A stretch of DNA of 64,000 nt, taken from the NCBI GenBank assembly GCA_963760795.1, contig CAVXEP010000001.1:168818-232817 (forward strand). Direction: 5' to 3'. The DNA comes from an uncultured delta proteobacterium. GTDB taxonomy: Bacteria; Desulfobacterota; Binatia; UBA9968. The translations under genes were made by a program, and so were the position numbers. Below, in pieces: positions 62,489-64,000 of the stretch. How positions within the stretch are numbered: position 1 is the first letter of the stretch; every line of letters starts with the position of its first letter. The notes beneath the pieces were generated by a model that made no database searches, was not told where the DNA came from, and worked only from the letters and a program-made list of their open reading frames with translations.

Positions 62489-63583
62489 ATGAGCGTCACA
62501 ATCCGTCCGTATCGAAGCGGCGGCTGGGAGATCGACATCCGCGTCGTCACGCCTGACGGCGCGCGGGATTTGCGGGAGCGCAGACGCGCTCCGATGTCGT
62601 CCCGATCGGCCGCCGTACGCTGGGCTGAGGGCCGCGAACGCGTCCTGTTCGATCGGCTCGTCAGTCCCGCGCCGGACTCGACATCGAAGAAGGAGGTGCC
62701 CACCTTACAAGCCTTCGCGCCGAGATTCATCGACGGCCACGCCAGGGCGAATCGGCTGAAGCCGAGCGGGATCGCATCAAAGAACGCGATCCTCCGGCTC
62801 TATCTGATTCCGGCGTTCGGTCGAAAGCGGCTCGACGCGATCAAAAGCGAAGACGTACAACGGTTGAAGGCGCAGCTGGAATTCAAATCGCCCAAGACCG
62901 TGAACAACGTCCTCGCGGTGCTGAGTGTGCTGCTGAAGAAAGCGGTCGAGTGGGAAGTCATCGAGCGGATGCCCTGCACGGTGAAGCTGCTGCGCGTCGA
63001 CAAAGGCACGGCAGCCTTCCACGATTTCGACGAGTACGAACGACTCGTCGAGGTCGCACGCTCGATCGACCCGCGCACGTTGCTCGTGGTGCTGCTCGGC
63101 GGTGACGCCGGCATGCGCTGCGGCGAGATCCTGGCGCTCGAATGGAACGACGTCGATCTCGTGAAGCGGCAACTGTGCGTCCGTCAGTCGGACTGGAACG
63201 GGCAAGTCGGAACGCCGAAGAGTGGACGGCTACGATATGTGCCGCTCACGCGACGGTTGACCGCGGCGCTCGTCGAGCATCGGCACCTGCGAAGCAAGCG
63301 GGTGCTCTGCCAGGCGGACGGCTCGCCGTTCACTCGGCAGATCGTGCAGAACCGGATGATCCTGGCGGCGCGGCGAGCGAACGTGAAGAAGGGCGTTCAC
63401 ATCCTTCGTCACACATTCTGCTCGCACTTGTCGATGCGGGGTGCGCCGGCGAAGGCGATTCAGGAGCTCGCGGGGCACGCCGACCTGACGATGACGCAGC
63501 GGTACATGCACCTGAGCCCGGCCGCGCTCGATGCGGCCATCCGGCTGCTCGACGAACCGCGGCGCGAGCGTGGTTTGGGCTGA
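62489..63583 (+). CDS. Tyrosine recombinase/integrase
   Basis: GMRCGEILALEW (R), K, HILRHTFCS (HxxR), LAGH, TQRY (Y). Confidence 0.92.
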   Translation: MSVTIRPYRSGGWEIDIRVVTPDGARDLRERRRAPMSSRSAAVRWAEGRERVLFDRLVSPAPDSTSKKEVPTLQAFAPRFIDGHARANRLKPSGIASKNAILRLYLIPAFGRKRLDAIKSEDVQRLKAQLEFKSPKTVNNVLAVLSVLLKKAVEWEVIERMPCTVKLLRVDKGTAAFHDFDEYERLVEVARSIDPRTLLVVLLGGDAGMRCGEILALEWNDVDLVKRQLCVRQSDWNGQVGTPKSGRLRYVPLTRRLTAALVEHRHLRSKRVLCQADGSPFTRQIVQNRMILAARRANVKKGVHILRHTFCSHLSMRGAPAKAIQELAGHADLTMTQRYMHLSPAALDAAIRLLDEPRRERGLG

Positions 63584-63693
63584 ATCGAGCGGTCAATCTG
63601 ACGCTAAGTGATGCACCGTCTTGCAGAAGTTTGGAGACCTGGGGGAGACGGGCCGCCCGGATCAAAAACGATCAATGAATCCGGGGGGAAAAC

Positions 63694-63787
63694 TGGCGGT
63701 GAGGCAGGGATTCGAACCCTGGGTACAGTTTTAGGCCCGTACAACGGTTTAGCAAACCGCCGCCTTCGGCCACTCGGCCACCTCACC
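63694..63787 (-). tRNA. tRNA-Ser (anticodon GCT)
   Basis: Reverse complement GGTGAGG-TGGCCGAGTGG...GCGGT-TTGCTAA-ACCGT, long variable arm, GGTTCGAATCC, CCTCACC-G-CCA. Confidence 0.95.
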
Positions 63788-64000
63788 GCGAACGCTAAGT
63801 GTACGTGAAACGGCACTTGGCTGGATCGACGATTTTACATTGGCGGCCATTGGCGGCAAGGCCGACGGTTTTTCGAACCGTCGCATGTCTCAAAACTCCC
63901 GTAAACATTGACGATTTCGGCGGCGTGGCCGAAATAGTTTGGGCACACTCGTAAAAGGCGTCGGTAATTCCATGCGTTGCCGATGGCGCGCGTTGTGCGT

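Overview
GC-rich bacterial chromosomal segment. Its gene content (many orphan NitT/TauT- and Fe/polyamine-type solute-binding proteins, amidohydrolases, UbiD, TctC) resembles Candidatus Binatia-like organisms; this is an inference, not a tested assignment. Positions 1-54.2 kb hold transport and catabolic genes plus ettA, pncB and etfBA, interspersed with several families of REP-like and short-period repeats. The most unusual locus is a five-gene minus-strand cluster (28.9-33.3 kb): GlcG/HbpS protein, Tat-less reductive dehalogenase-like enzyme, a stand-alone Fe-S-less RdhA-like domain protein, a ferredoxin-GlcG fusion and a triple-domain Rid protein. Also present: an RhlA/PhaG-like hydrolase next to a GT87 glycosyltransferase; an attC-flanked serine hydrolase cassette with no integron integrase; decayed TA cassettes; and a small diiron oxygenase-like gene upstream of etfBA. 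The right end carries a type I R-M locus with a Fic gene. Its hsdR is cut off at a junction with a truncated IS21 element, followed by a Xis/tyrosine integrase pair at the 3' end of tRNA-Ser(GCT). Ten frameshifts are all +1, which points to sequencing error rather than pseudogenes.
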